From: Nitrosopumilus sp.
Lineage (GTDB): Archaea; Thermoproteota; Nitrososphaeria; Nitrososphaerales; Nitrosopumilaceae
Assembly: GCA_963667665.2 (NCBI GenBank)
Contig: OY763927.2
Coordinates: 960,001 to 1,024,000, forward strand
Direction: 5' to 3'
DNA length: 64,000 nucleotides
The position numbers and the translations under genes are program-made. The notes under the pieces were generated by a model. That model did no database searches, was not told the DNA's origin, and was given only the letters and a program-made list of their open reading frames with translations. The first letter of the stretch is position 1. Each line of letters starts with the position of its first letter. This document shows positions 1-8,905 of the stretch, in pieces.

Positions 1-135
1 GAATTACCAATGAGTGCACCAGGTAACATAGAATTTGCAGAAAGTGAACCAGAGTATGGAATATGGATAATTCCAATACTAATCATTATAGGAATAATGA
101 TTTATTTTAAGAGAAAAAGATCTATAACAACTTAA
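1..135 (+). CDS. 3' end of a membrane-anchored surface protein (PEFG-CTERM-like tail), partial
   Basis: Frame 1 reads ELPMSAPGNIEFAESEPEYGIWIIPILIIIGIMIYFKRKRSITT*: PEYG motif, hydrophobic helix and basic tail; open at the window edge. Confidence 0.6.
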   Translation, partial: ELPMSAPGNIEFAESEPEYGIWIIPILIIIGIMIYFKRKRSITT

Positions 136-622
136 AATCTTTTAGAATTGATTCTATTTCGTCTTCATTTTCAAGTTTCGAATATTCATCTAAAAGGTTC
201 TGGTTAAGTTCATGGAAAGTATGTCCCCATTTGAATTTATTAAGTAATTCTAAACTTTGTTCTTTAAAACCCATAATGAATAATGACGCAGACAATGCTT
301 CTGCCGTAGTGAGTTTGTTTAGTTTTGAATAATTTACAGGATTTCCTGCAAGTAATGGTGGAAGTTTTCGTTTAATACCATTAAATTTTTTAGAAAATGC
401 TTGGTCTGCCAAATTCCAAGAGCAATCAATTCCAACAATAGAATTGATGGAATATCTATCTTTAGGTAATAAAGTCTTTTCAGAAAAAGGATCTAAAACC
501 AATCCTTTATTGCCAATTTTCTTGATATTTTGAGCAAGACCAAATTTTACCATCTTTGCAGCTGTGCACTTTTTTGGATCATCTTGATAAAACATCAAAA
601 CTTGTAACTTCATTTCACTCAA
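122..622 (-). CDS. tsr3: 16S rRNA aminocarboxypropyltransferase Tsr3 (DUF367)
   Basis: DDPKKCTA, DCSW, RKLPPLLAGNPVNYSK, LTTAEAL and FKWGHTF motifs. Confidence 0.9.
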   Translation of the reverse strand: MSEMKLQVLMFYQDDPKKCTAAKMVKFGLAQNIKKIGNKGLVLDPFSEKTLLPKDRYSINSIVGIDCSWNLADQAFSKKFNGIKRKLPPLLAGNPVNYSKLNKLTTAEALSASLFIMGFKEQSLELLNKFKWGHTFHELNQNLLDEYSKLENEDEIESILKDFKLL

Positions 623-647
623 TAATGAAATGAACCGTATTTTGAAT

Positions 648-3600
648 TTACTCTAAAGTTTTGTATGTGACTTTGTAATAGAATCGTGAAACTTGGTCAT
701 CTTTAATGACTTCAACATTCCAGTTTGTATCAGGCAAAAATGCAGTAGATGTTTCAGGTAGAATACTGAATTTTTCTAGGCGTACATCAGGACCACTATA
801 TCTCACTTTAAGGCTCATTCCATCAATTTCAACAACATCATAGATTTGTCCTTGTTTTCTTGTAGATTCTTTAACTAAACAATCAACATCAGGGCCAATA
901 ATACATACACCAGAGACAGTTGATATCTTCAGATTAACATCAGATTGATCATCTCTTGATGGTGTAATCAAAGAACCAGAAATCACTCTAGGGGCAATGG
1001 TTGCATCATCTATAGTTTTTTCCTCAGTAAAGATAGAAATTTCTTTTTCAGGTATTCTATTTTCTTTTTCAATCACAGTATCAAATTTTGGAGCTTTAGG
1101 TTTTTCAATCACTGTAAATTGAATTGATTTTGTTTCAAAGTCGGCATCAACTGTTACTTCGTATAATCCAATAGATGTTGCAGAATCAGGAATTAGGAAT
1201 TCATGATTAAATGAACCAGAAGGACTTGGACGAATAGTAGTTGTAGGTCCAAGATTTGTTCCACAAATAAATGAGCCACATGTAATCTCAGAATCTGTCT
1301 TTTGAATTACATTTACATCAAATTTTTCAAGATAGATTAACTTGTTTGGCTTTCCGTTAATTATTACTGTATCACCAGGATAATATTCTGATTTGTCAGT
1401 AGATACTAAAAGAGACACAGGATCATCAATACCGAAAACAAAATCATTAGTTACGCTAAATTCTGCTTCAGCTCGAGTATTAGTGTAAAGTGTTTTTACA
1501 GTATATGGCCCTTCACTAAAAATTGTGATTGGTAATTCAAAGAGACTTGAGAATTCACCACCTTGATTTGGATAAACAAAAGATTCATGAATTTGTTTGA
1601 ATGGGAAAGTACCATCTACTACTTTGATCTGTACTCTTTCTGGAACTACTAATCCTTCATCACCTTGTGCGCGTTTGATCACATTTCCAGTTACTTTCAA
1701 TGTGTCACCTGCTTTGTACAGTGATTTGTCAGTAGACACAAAGAGAGGAGTTGTAGATAAAGAGTCATTTTCAGGGTCTGCAGAGACTTTGAAGAAATGG
1801 TCTTGACTATAGGTGTCAGTAGCTATTCTAATTTTATAGATTCCAAAATTAGATTTTATAACATCTCGTCCATCATCAGTTTTGATATTTTGATATTTTT
1901 CAGCAATTGGGGTATTCCATGACCATGAAAAACGTTGATTGTCAATAGATGTACCAGAATTAATCACGGTTCCATCTGGTTTTGTAAGTGAGATTTCAAC
2001 TGCCCCAGCATTAGTAGGAGGTAAAATGCCAGTAAGATAGACAGTATCACCAAGACCATAAACTTCTTGGTCAAGTGAAATAACTGCACCCTCTTTCAAA
2101 TTAAGAGGATCAACAATTGTGAAAGTTTTTGTTGCAGTATTATCAAAATATTCCGATTTAACTACATAGTTTCCTTCAGGAAAGATACTCTGAGTTACAT
2201 CAATTCTAACTGAATAACTTCCAGAAATTTCAGGAATTGCTGTAAAGTCATAAGCAACAACTATACCTCCAGTGGATAATCTTTTACCTCCTTCAGGTAA
2301 CCCAATTATTTCTAGAGGAGTACCATCCTCATGTGAAATAGATATTTTAACAGATGAACCAGTTTGATAACTTGAATTGCTAAATGGGTCTTTGATAAAT
2401 CCACTAATGATCATTTCATCACCTAGTTCATAGATTTCTTTATCAGAATGAATTGTAAGTGGATCATCTGATACAACAAATTCGCTAGGATCAGAAACTA
2501 CATGAATTATTGTAGATGCAGAGCCAACATCTTTGATAACTTTTATCGAATAATCGCCTAATCGTGAATCACCAGCTGGAATAATGAATGAATATTGAAA
2601 TTTGCTATCCCCATCTAATCTTACAATATCCTGAATTTTAAAAGAAGAGCCACCACCGGATTGATCATTTACACCTAAAGCAAGATTTGTAGTCTGTAAT
2701 ATTTCCAAATCAAAATAACTTATCCAATGACTGTTTAATCTTCCAGTAATAGTTACAGTATCTCCTAATGCATAAGCTACTTTATCAGTCCAAAGGGAGA
2801 TTAGAACATCCTCTTTAATGTCCTCTACAACCTCAAAAGTAGAAGAAATAGATTTGCCTGAATACTCTGCATTAATTTCATAAGTTCCATATTCTGGAGA
2901 TATGGTTGTTATGAATACACTAGTTGTAAATTCACCGTTAGTTGGAAAGAGATTTCCATTAGAAATTATTTCACCTAAAGAATTTGTTACGGTAAACTTC
3001 ATTCCCTCAAAAGGAATAATGTCCTCAGCAAAACCGGAAATCGAAACTGTCTGTCCTGGAAGATATAGTGATTTATCAGTGATTAAACTAAGAGCACCAT
3101 CAATTTTTTCTTCCAGTTCAATTATTTCAAATCCAACTGAGAAACCTGTGTTTGTTGTTATTCCAGCATAATTTACAGATACATCATAAATTCCTTCATT
3201 GATTCCAAGAACTTGGTGTAAACTTAAGGTAGTTTCATAATTAAGATTCAGATCAGGGTATAAAGATATAGTTTTGTAAAAGTTGGGACCCGAGATATTT
3301 ACTATGATTTGTGCAGGTAGGAATTCAGGAGCTACAGGATTAACTTCTTCAGAAATACTTCCTTGAATTACTGCAACTTCACCAAATAGGTAAGAAGGTT
3401 TTTCTGATGAAACTGTTACAATGATCTCTTCGGATTCTTGTGTTTCGATTAGTTTTCCATTTGATGAACCTGCTGTAGAGGTAACAAATTTCCAATCATC
3501 AGAGCTGTTCATATCATAACCATCATAGATTCTCTGCCATGATGTAAAGTCATTTTGAATATCAACAAGAGCAGGAGTTTTATCAATAACAATTCCATTT

Positions 3601-3938
3601 TCATCTCGAAGTTCTACTGATTCATTTGAATCAGTAAACCAAACAGTTTGATATGAATAAGTCAAGAATCTGCCTGGTTCAAGTATTGTACCAGTAGGGA
3701 TAGTCATTGTTTTTTTGAGAACAGTTGTAGATGCAATTTCCCAATCGCCTATGTTAATATCAGAATCAGTAGGATTGTAAAGCTCTACCCATTCTGATAC
3801 GGATGATGCATCATTACCAGGTGGGTTGATATCCACTTCATTAATTACAACATTATCAGAACCAGTCTGAGCATATGCTGGAACTAGGATTCCTGCAAGT
3901 AGGAATATAGAAAATACTATAGACAGATTCCGATTCAT
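648..3938 (-). CDS. Large secreted surface protein: lamin-tail domain plus about 7 Ig-like (MG2-like) repeats
   Basis: Signal peptide; VVINEV..NP..EWVELYNP lamin-tail motif; seven repeats of (S/T)DKxxYxxGD/ExVxIxG. Confidence 0.8.
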   Translation of the reverse strand: MNRNLSIVFSIFLLAGILVPAYAQTGSDNVVINEVDINPPGNDASSVSEWVELYNPTDSDINIGDWEIASTTVLKKTMTIPTGTILEPGRFLTYSYQTVWFTDSNESVELRDENGIVIDKTPALVDIQNDFTSWQRIYDGYDMNSSDDWKFVTSTAGSSNGKLIETQESEEIIVTVSSEKPSYLFGEVAVIQGSISEEVNPVAPEFLPAQIIVNISGPNFYKTISLYPDLNLNYETTLSLHQVLGINEGIYDVSVNYAGITTNTGFSVGFEIIELEEKIDGALSLITDKSLYLPGQTVSISGFAEDIIPFEGMKFTVTNSLGEIISNGNLFPTNGEFTTSVFITTISPEYGTYEINAEYSGKSISSTFEVVEDIKEDVLISLWTDKVAYALGDTVTITGRLNSHWISYFDLEILQTTNLALGVNDQSGGGSSFKIQDIVRLDGDSKFQYSFIIPAGDSRLGDYSIKVIKDVGSASTIIHVVSDPSEFVVSDDPLTIHSDKEIYELGDEMIISGFIKDPFSNSSYQTGSSVKISISHEDGTPLEIIGLPEGGKRLSTGGIVVAYDFTAIPEISGSYSVRIDVTQSIFPEGNYVVKSEYFDNTATKTFTIVDPLNLKEGAVISLDQEVYGLGDTVYLTGILPPTNAGAVEISLTKPDGTVINSGTSIDNQRFSWSWNTPIAEKYQNIKTDDGRDVIKSNFGIYKIRIATDTYSQDHFFKVSADPENDSLSTTPLFVSTDKSLYKAGDTLKVTGNVIKRAQGDEGLVVPERVQIKVVDGTFPFKQIHESFVYPNQGGEFSSLFELPITIFSEGPYTVKTLYTNTRAEAEFSVTNDFVFGIDDPVSLLVSTDKSEYYPGDTVIINGKPNKLIYLEKFDVNVIQKTDSEITCGSFICGTNLGPTTTIRPSPSGSFNHEFLIPDSATSIGLYEVTVDADFETKSIQFTVIEKPKAPKFDTVIEKENRIPEKEISIFTEEKTIDDATIAPRVISGSLITPSRDDQSDVNLKISTVSGVCIIGPDVDCLVKESTRKQGQIYDVVEIDGMSLKVRYSGPDVRLEKFSILPETSTAFLPDTNWNVEVIKDDQVSRFYYKVTYKTLE

Positions 3939-4076
3939 TGCTGTTTCCTAATTTTGTTGACTAAAGGACTCATTTTAGAATGAAATTGAGGAAAAGTTGA
4001 GCTTGTTGTTAAAGGGATATATCTTAAAACCATCAAGAATTAACCGGATTTTTCAGTATTAAGGCATACGTAGGAA

Positions 4077-4331
4077 TTATTCCTGAGAATGGTCACAATT
4101 TGGACATTTTTTGTTTAATACTTTAGAACCACACTCCATACAGATTCCTTCCCCAACATCTCGTTCAATGGATTGTTTTCTCTTTCCCACGTACACTTTG
4201 ATTCCAAAATACATGATTGCTACAATAATCACGGCATAAACAAGTCCCATGAAAGGCATAAGACCAATCATAAAAAGTAAAAGTCCCACAATCAAAAGAA
4301 TATCTCGTCTTTCAAATTTCAATAAAATCAT
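4077..4331 (-). CDS. Small membrane protein with C-terminal zinc ribbon
   Basis: Two hydrophobic helices followed by CMECG...CPNC. Confidence 0.7.
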   Translation of the reverse strand: MILLKFERRDILLIVGLLLFMIGLMPFMGLVYAVIIVAIMYFGIKVYVGKRKQSIERDVGEGICMECGSKVLNKKCPNCDHSQE

Positions 4332-4355
4332 GACATCATAGAATTGATAAAAACG

Positions 4356-4427
4356 TGCCGGAGCTCAGAGCCAATTAGTTTACTTCATTTCAAAGTCATT
4401 TCTCTAACTCTTCTTCATTGCTCGGCA
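4356..4427 (-). ncRNA. Candidate box C/D guide sRNA
   Basis: Minus strand: terminal stem TGCCGAGC/GCTC(C)GGCA, C box ATGAAGA, 12-nt spacer, D' ATGA, C' ATGAAGT, 13-nt spacer, D box CTGA. Confidence 0.6.
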
Positions 4428-4467
4428 GTAATATTGAACAATAATTTGATAATAAGATGATGATTAG

Positions 4468-4544
4468 TGGTGGGACCGGCGAAATTTGAATTCGCGACCT
4501 CTGCGTCCCAAACGCAGAATCATACCAAGCTAGACCACGATCCC
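4468..4544 (-). tRNA. tRNA-Pro(TGG), CCA encoded
   Basis: Cloverleaf GGGATCG...CGGTCCC-A-CCA; anticodon arm CTGCG-TTTGGGA-CGCAG; T loop TTCAAAT. Confidence 0.95.
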
Positions 4545-4696
4545 AGTAAATCATAAAAATTACCCAATTTAATCTACTATGAAATTTAGTTATAATTTTG
4601 ATTTAGCACAAATGATTTACTGATTTGATTATTTGTTCCTGCTACTTTTCCATTGTATAATGAATCAGAAATTAGTTTGAAAAAACTCAATACTCT

Positions 4697-5641
4697 ATGA
4701 AATCTTCAGATAATCATTTTAAAGGCACACAAGGGATCACAAATGTGCAAATCGAGGATTACATCAAAGCAGGAAAAATTGCTGCAGAAGTAAGAGAAAT
4801 GGTCAGAGTAAAAGACTGGATTGGAAAAACAGTTTATGAAATTTGTGAAGAAGTTGAAGGAGAGATTAAAAAAAGAGGAGCAAAATGTGCATTTCCAGTA
4901 AATACTAGTATTAACGAAGTTGCAGCTCATTATACTGCAGAACCAAATGATCCAATTACAATCAAGGATACTGACTTGGTAAAAATTGATCTAGGTGCAC
5001 AAATTAATGGATACATTGCAGATACGGCAGTAACTGTTTGTTATGATGCGCAATTTGATGGCTTGGTTCAAGCAGCCGAAGAGGCATTAGGAAATGCAAT
5101 GGCCATGGCAAAGTCAGGGGTAAAGGTAAGTGACATTGGACGTACTATTGAAAAAACAATAAAACAATTAGGATTCAAACCAATTGCGAATCTTAGTGGG
5201 CATTCATTAGATCAATACACAATACATGCTGGAAAATCCATTCCAAACATTTGGTCAATAGGTGGATTTTCGCTTTCAGATAGTTCTGCTTATGCATGTG
5301 AACCATTTGTAACAACAAAAGATGCAGGAGGATTTGTAAGAAATGGAAAAATAAAAAACATTTTTGCCATAAATTCACGAAAGAAAACAAAAGATCCTGA
5401 AGCTAACAGATTACTTGATTTTATTTGGGAGAATTTCAACATGTTACCATTTGCATTAAGATGGATAACAAAAGAATGGGAAGAAAAGAAAGCAAGAGAA
5501 TTGTTAGAAATTTTGATAAAGAAAAAGGCAGTACAAGCTTATCCAATTCTTATCGAAGTAAATGAGCAAAGAGTTGCACAAGCTGAGCACACATTTATTC
5601 CAAATGAAAACGGAGTAACTGTAACAACTAGTGCTCTATAA
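4697..5641 (+). CDS. map: Methionine aminopeptidase type II (true start may be slightly downstream)
   Basis: AFPVN..AAHYT, KIDLG, DTAVT, NLSGHSL, IHAGKSIP, ACEPF and AQAEHT motifs. Confidence 0.95.
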   Translation: MKSSDNHFKGTQGITNVQIEDYIKAGKIAAEVREMVRVKDWIGKTVYEICEEVEGEIKKRGAKCAFPVNTSINEVAAHYTAEPNDPITIKDTDLVKIDLGAQINGYIADTAVTVCYDAQFDGLVQAAEEALGNAMAMAKSGVKVSDIGRTIEKTIKQLGFKPIANLSGHSLDQYTIHAGKSIPNIWSIGGFSLSDSSAYACEPFVTTKDAGGFVRNGKIKNIFAINSRKKTKDPEANRLLDFIWENFNMLPFALRWITKEWEEKKARELLEILIKKKAVQAYPILIEVNEQRVAQAEHTFIPNENGVTVTTSAL

Positions 5642-5703
5642 TACTACATTTCCAACATAACCAAGCCCAAATCAAAAAATAGTATCATAAATTTGTTAAT
5701 CTA

Positions 5704-5883
5704 TTACTCGATAGTTTCGCCAAATATTTTTTCAATACTAGTGATTCCATCACATGAGGTGCATTTTGAGGATTCAGTAAACAACATATCACCTTCAGCA
5801 AATTTTCTTTTTCTTAACATTCCACATTTTTTACATTTTTCAACAGTATATGCAATAATGATTTTTTCCTTAGAGAAGATCAT
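5704..5883 (-). CDS. 59-aa zinc-ribbon protein (not in ORF track)
   Basis: ATGA overlap with the DUF1512 stop; MIFSKEKIIIAYTVEKCKKCG...KCTSCDG...GETIE*. Confidence 0.75.
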   Translation of the reverse strand: MIFSKEKIIIAYTVEKCKKCGMLRKRKFAEGDMLFTESSKCTSCDGITSIEKIFGETIE

Positions 5884-7001
5884 TGAGGCACCCCAGCAGT
5901 ATTTCCCACACCAATTATCAATACAGATTGGCCTTCTTTGGTGTTTTCTTGAATCATTTCATAAACTTGGGAACGAACATCGTCAGCTTGATCAGCAATT
6001 TCTTTAGTCATCAAAGTTATTGCTTCCTTTACTGATTGTTTAACCACTATAGAAAAGACTGGAATGTTATTGTTTGTGGCAATTGCTTCAATTTGAAATC
6101 TATCAAAACCTATTCCACCAATAGCTGCACCAAAACCCTGTGAAATAGATGCAGAGTCTTCACCTTCCATTTTCAATGCAGCATCAATCATAATTATTGC
6201 ATCAAGTTTGTTACTAGAAATAATTGTCTCTAAGGCATCAGCAGGTCTACCCACAGTTGAGCTTGGTCCTTCTGCTTTTAAAAGAAACAATTTTCTATTC
6301 TCAAATTCAGTTTTTGCAAGAACAGTTTGAAATGCAACAGTTTCTTTTTGAATATCCAACATCATTTTTCCTACAACCATTGGACCAATTCCATCACCAA
6401 CAGGTTGTCCTGCTTTAAACGCAGGAATGGCTTCTTTCATCGCCTCTGCTTGCTCCATAATAAAAGGAAGAAGCATTTGAAGAGGTAGTATTAGGGGATA
6501 GTTGTTTTGTTTTTTTGCAGTCAAGTACATATGATTAACGATTTTGTAAATCATTTGTAATGAAGAAGCAATTTCTAGTAAAGTTTGGACTTTGGTTAAT
6601 TCCAAAGTACTAATTTCTGGAGAAAATAATTTTACTTGTTCTCTAGTGTAATCTTCTCTTGACCTAACAATATGTCTTACTTTGTCAATTATACCATTAG
6701 GATCCATATCAACTGGCATTATTGTAAAATAATCTAAAAATCGGTCAATTTTTTTTATTGGATCATCTTTAGGTTTTAGATTTTGTTTAATGTAATCAAT
6801 TAGTTCGGTTCTTGATTCATCTTTAAAACTATCAAGTTTTTTGATTCCTTTTTTAATTTCACCAGAAGTAATGTATAATTGAATTCGTTGGCCATAAAAT
6901 ACGAAAAGGATTATTGGGATTATCCAGATTATCATCATTAGGGGATTTGTGTCATCACCCATTCCAAACAGCTGATCAAAATCAAAATTTGTAAAATTCA
7001 C
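5880..7001 (-). CDS. DUF1512 family archaeal membrane protein
   Basis: N-terminal TM helix; PVGDGIGP, IMIDAALKMEGE and IGVGNT motifs. Confidence 0.85.
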   Translation of the reverse strand: MNFTNFDFDQLFGMGDDTNPLMMIIWIIPIILFVFYGQRIQLYITSGEIKKGIKKLDSFKDESRTELIDYIKQNLKPKDDPIKKIDRFLDYFTIMPVDMDPNGIIDKVRHIVRSREDYTREQVKLFSPEISTLELTKVQTLLEIASSLQMIYKIVNHMYLTAKKQNNYPLILPLQMLLPFIMEQAEAMKEAIPAFKAGQPVGDGIGPMVVGKMMLDIQKETVAFQTVLAKTEFENRKLFLLKAEGPSSTVGRPADALETIISSNKLDAIIMIDAALKMEGEDSASISQGFGAAIGGIGFDRFQIEAIATNNNIPVFSIVVKQSVKEAITLMTKEIADQADDVRSQVYEMIQENTKEGQSVLIIGVGNTAGVPQ

Positions 7002-7142
7002 TAGAACTAGCGTTTGTCAGATCTAAATTAAACCATTCGTCTACTCTTCTGAGTAAATTGTTCTCAAAAATTCTGAAAAAAGCATGAGTGAATGAAATAA
7101 TGGCGAGTGCTTTTATTATAGTTCAAATAAAAAAATCTGAAT

Positions 7143-7700
7143 ATGCCACAAACAAGACCTATCGTAAGCGTAGAAAATGTTGTAGCTTCGGCAGACGTAG
7201 GCCAGAAAATGGATTTGAATGAAATTACTAGAACATTTCCAGATGTAGAATATCACCCTGATCAATTTCCAGGTCTAGTTTTTAGATTAAAAACACCAAA
7301 AACTGCAACATTGATTTTCACCTCAGGCAAAATGGTCTGTACTGGCTCAAAATCAGAAGATATGGCAAGAAAGGCAGTAAAAACAGTTGTACAAAAACTT
7401 CGAAAAGGCGGAATTAAAGTAAAAAAAGATGCAACAGTCACAATTCAAAACATGGTTGCTTCAATCAATTTAGGTGGAAGAATCCATTTGGAACAAGCAG
7501 CTAGAACATTACCACGAAGCATGTATGAACCAGAACAATTTCCAGGACTTATTCATAGAATGTTAGACCCAAAGACAGTCATTTTGTTATTTTCTTCAGG
7601 AAAACTTGTCTGTACTGGAGCTAAAAAAGAGGAAGATGTGTACAGATCTGTAAATAATTTACATGCATTATTAGAAGAAAAAGAACTAATGATTTACTAA
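7143..7700 (+). CDS. tbp: TATA-box binding protein
   Basis: Two repeats of NVVAS/NMVAS...YxPxQFPGL...LxFxSGKxVCTG. Confidence 0.98.
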   Translation: MPQTRPIVSVENVVASADVGQKMDLNEITRTFPDVEYHPDQFPGLVFRLKTPKTATLIFTSGKMVCTGSKSEDMARKAVKTVVQKLRKGGIKVKKDATVTIQNMVASINLGGRIHLEQAARTLPRSMYEPEQFPGLIHRMLDPKTVILLFSSGKLVCTGAKKEEDVYRSVNNLHALLEEKELMIY

Positions 7701-7747
7701 TAGCCAGATTAGTCAAATTTAATTTTAATTCTCTAAAATTAATCAGA

Positions 7748-8083
7748 TTATTTAATAGGACTTCCTAAAGGAACATCTTCATTTACTGTTAACCAAAATG
7801 GTTTATCATCAACATCAGCTGCCAACAACATTGCATTTGATTCAACACCTGCCATCTTTTTTGGTTCCAGATTTGCAATTACAATAACAGTTTTTCCCAC
7901 AATATCTTCAGGTTGATAATATTGTGCACCACCAATAATTACATCTCGTTGATCATCATTTCCCAAATCAATTCTCCCCTTGATGATTCTTGATTTTCCT
8001 TCGATTGGTTCAGTTGCAATAATTTTTGCAACTCGAATGTCTAGTTTTGCAAAATCATCATAAGATATAGTCATAAGAATCAC
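7748..8083 (-). CDS. tRNA-binding OB-fold protein (Trbp111/CsaA/MetRS C-terminal-like)
   Basis: DDFAKLDIRV and NLEPKKMAGVESNAMLLAA motifs. Confidence 0.9.
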   Translation of the reverse strand: MILMTISYDDFAKLDIRVAKIIATEPIEGKSRIIKGRIDLGNDDQRDVIIGGAQYYQPEDIVGKTVIVIANLEPKKMAGVESNAMLLAADVDDKPFWLTVNEDVPLGSPIK

Positions 8084-8113
8084 TAATTTTTCCAGTTAAA
8101 ATGAATTTCGAAT

Positions 8114-8329
8114 TTATTGTAGTTCATTTTTGTTTAATCCACTAGTTTCAATTTCATATTTTAGGGCAGCAGGAAGCTCCATGTATTTTTTGTTAACGAG
8201 TACAATAATTTGATCTTCTGGAACATTGACTTTTTTTAACAATTTTCCTCGTTGATGAGCGTATACATTTTTCCAAAAGCTAGCACCATCAAATGTTTCT
8301 ATTTTTGGCATGTATTTCGAGGGTTTCAT
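8114..8329 (-). CDS. Small hypothetical protein
   Basis: 71-aa ORF co-oriented with the downstream tRNA-binding gene; start may be M6. Confidence 0.6.
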   Translation of the reverse strand: MKPSKYMPKIETFDGASFWKNVYAHQRGKLLKKVNVPEDQIIVLVNKKYMELPAALKYEIETSGLNKNELQ

Positions 8330-8348
8330 TTTCTTTCAAATTTAAAGT

Positions 8349-8427
8349 GACTGTGATGGAAGAGTGGCAAAAGCCATTGGAACTGGAGTTACTGTTCCGG
8401 ATTTTAGGCATGTTGCCCACCACAGTC
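8349..8427. ncRNA. Candidate structured RNA (multi-branch junction)
   Basis: GC-enriched intergenic stretch; outer stem GACTGTG/CACAGTC encloses hairpins GTGGC-AAAA-GCCAT, TGGAAC...GTTCCG and GGCA-TGT-TGCC. Confidence 0.4.
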
Positions 8428-8484
8428 TATTTGAAACCAAACAGGAATCTAATATATTTAATGCGGAACAAATGTGTGTTCAAT

Positions 8485-8901
8485 ATGGCAACAATTGAGG
8501 TTGAAATTGAAATCAATGCTACAATTGACAAAGTGTGGAATGTTGTCTCAGACATTGATAATGAACCAAAATTTTGGAAGGGAACAAAAGAAATCAAAAA
8601 CTTGTCTAAAGAGGGAAACATCGTAAATAGAGAGATTACAATAGCATTCAGAGATCAAAAATGCCTGCAAGAGGTGAAACTCGTACCTAAAGAGAAGATA
8701 GAGGCAAAATTCACAAAAGGTATCCTAAATGGCGAGAAAATCGTATCACTTATTCCAAAAGATGAAAAAACCATACTAAACACGGTTTGGGACATCAAGT
8801 TAACTGGAATGATGAGCATGTTTACAGGTGTAATTAAAAAACACATCAAAAGTGGTACTGAGCAAGCAATGCAAAGCATCAAAGAAGAAGTCGAGAGATA
8901 A
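8485..8901 (+). CDS. SRPBCC/START (polyketide cyclase-like) ligand-binding protein
   Basis: IEINATIDKVWNVVSDIDNEPKFW pattern; ATG 8485 preferred over the ORF-track start 8293. Confidence 0.85.
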   Translation: MATIEVEIEINATIDKVWNVVSDIDNEPKFWKGTKEIKNLSKEGNIVNREITIAFRDQKCLQEVKLVPKEKIEAKFTKGILNGEKIVSLIPKDEKTILNTVWDIKLTGMMSMFTGVIKKHIKSGTEQAMQSIKEEVER

Positions 8902-8905
8902 CCCC

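Noticed and set aside
5693-6007. Plus-strand 104-aa ORF and the many other antisense ORFs in the track
   Set aside because: Antisense to well-supported genes and without recognisable motifs
8349-8427. Degenerate tRNA, HDV-like ribozyme or known riboswitch
   Set aside because: No T-loop or D-loop consensus; the GGGCAACA match is isolated and lacks the nested pseudoknot; kept only as an unknown structure
8293-8484. N-terminal extension of the SRPBCC ORF
   Set aside because: It overlaps the opposite-strand gene and the structured element; the domain begins at ATG 8485
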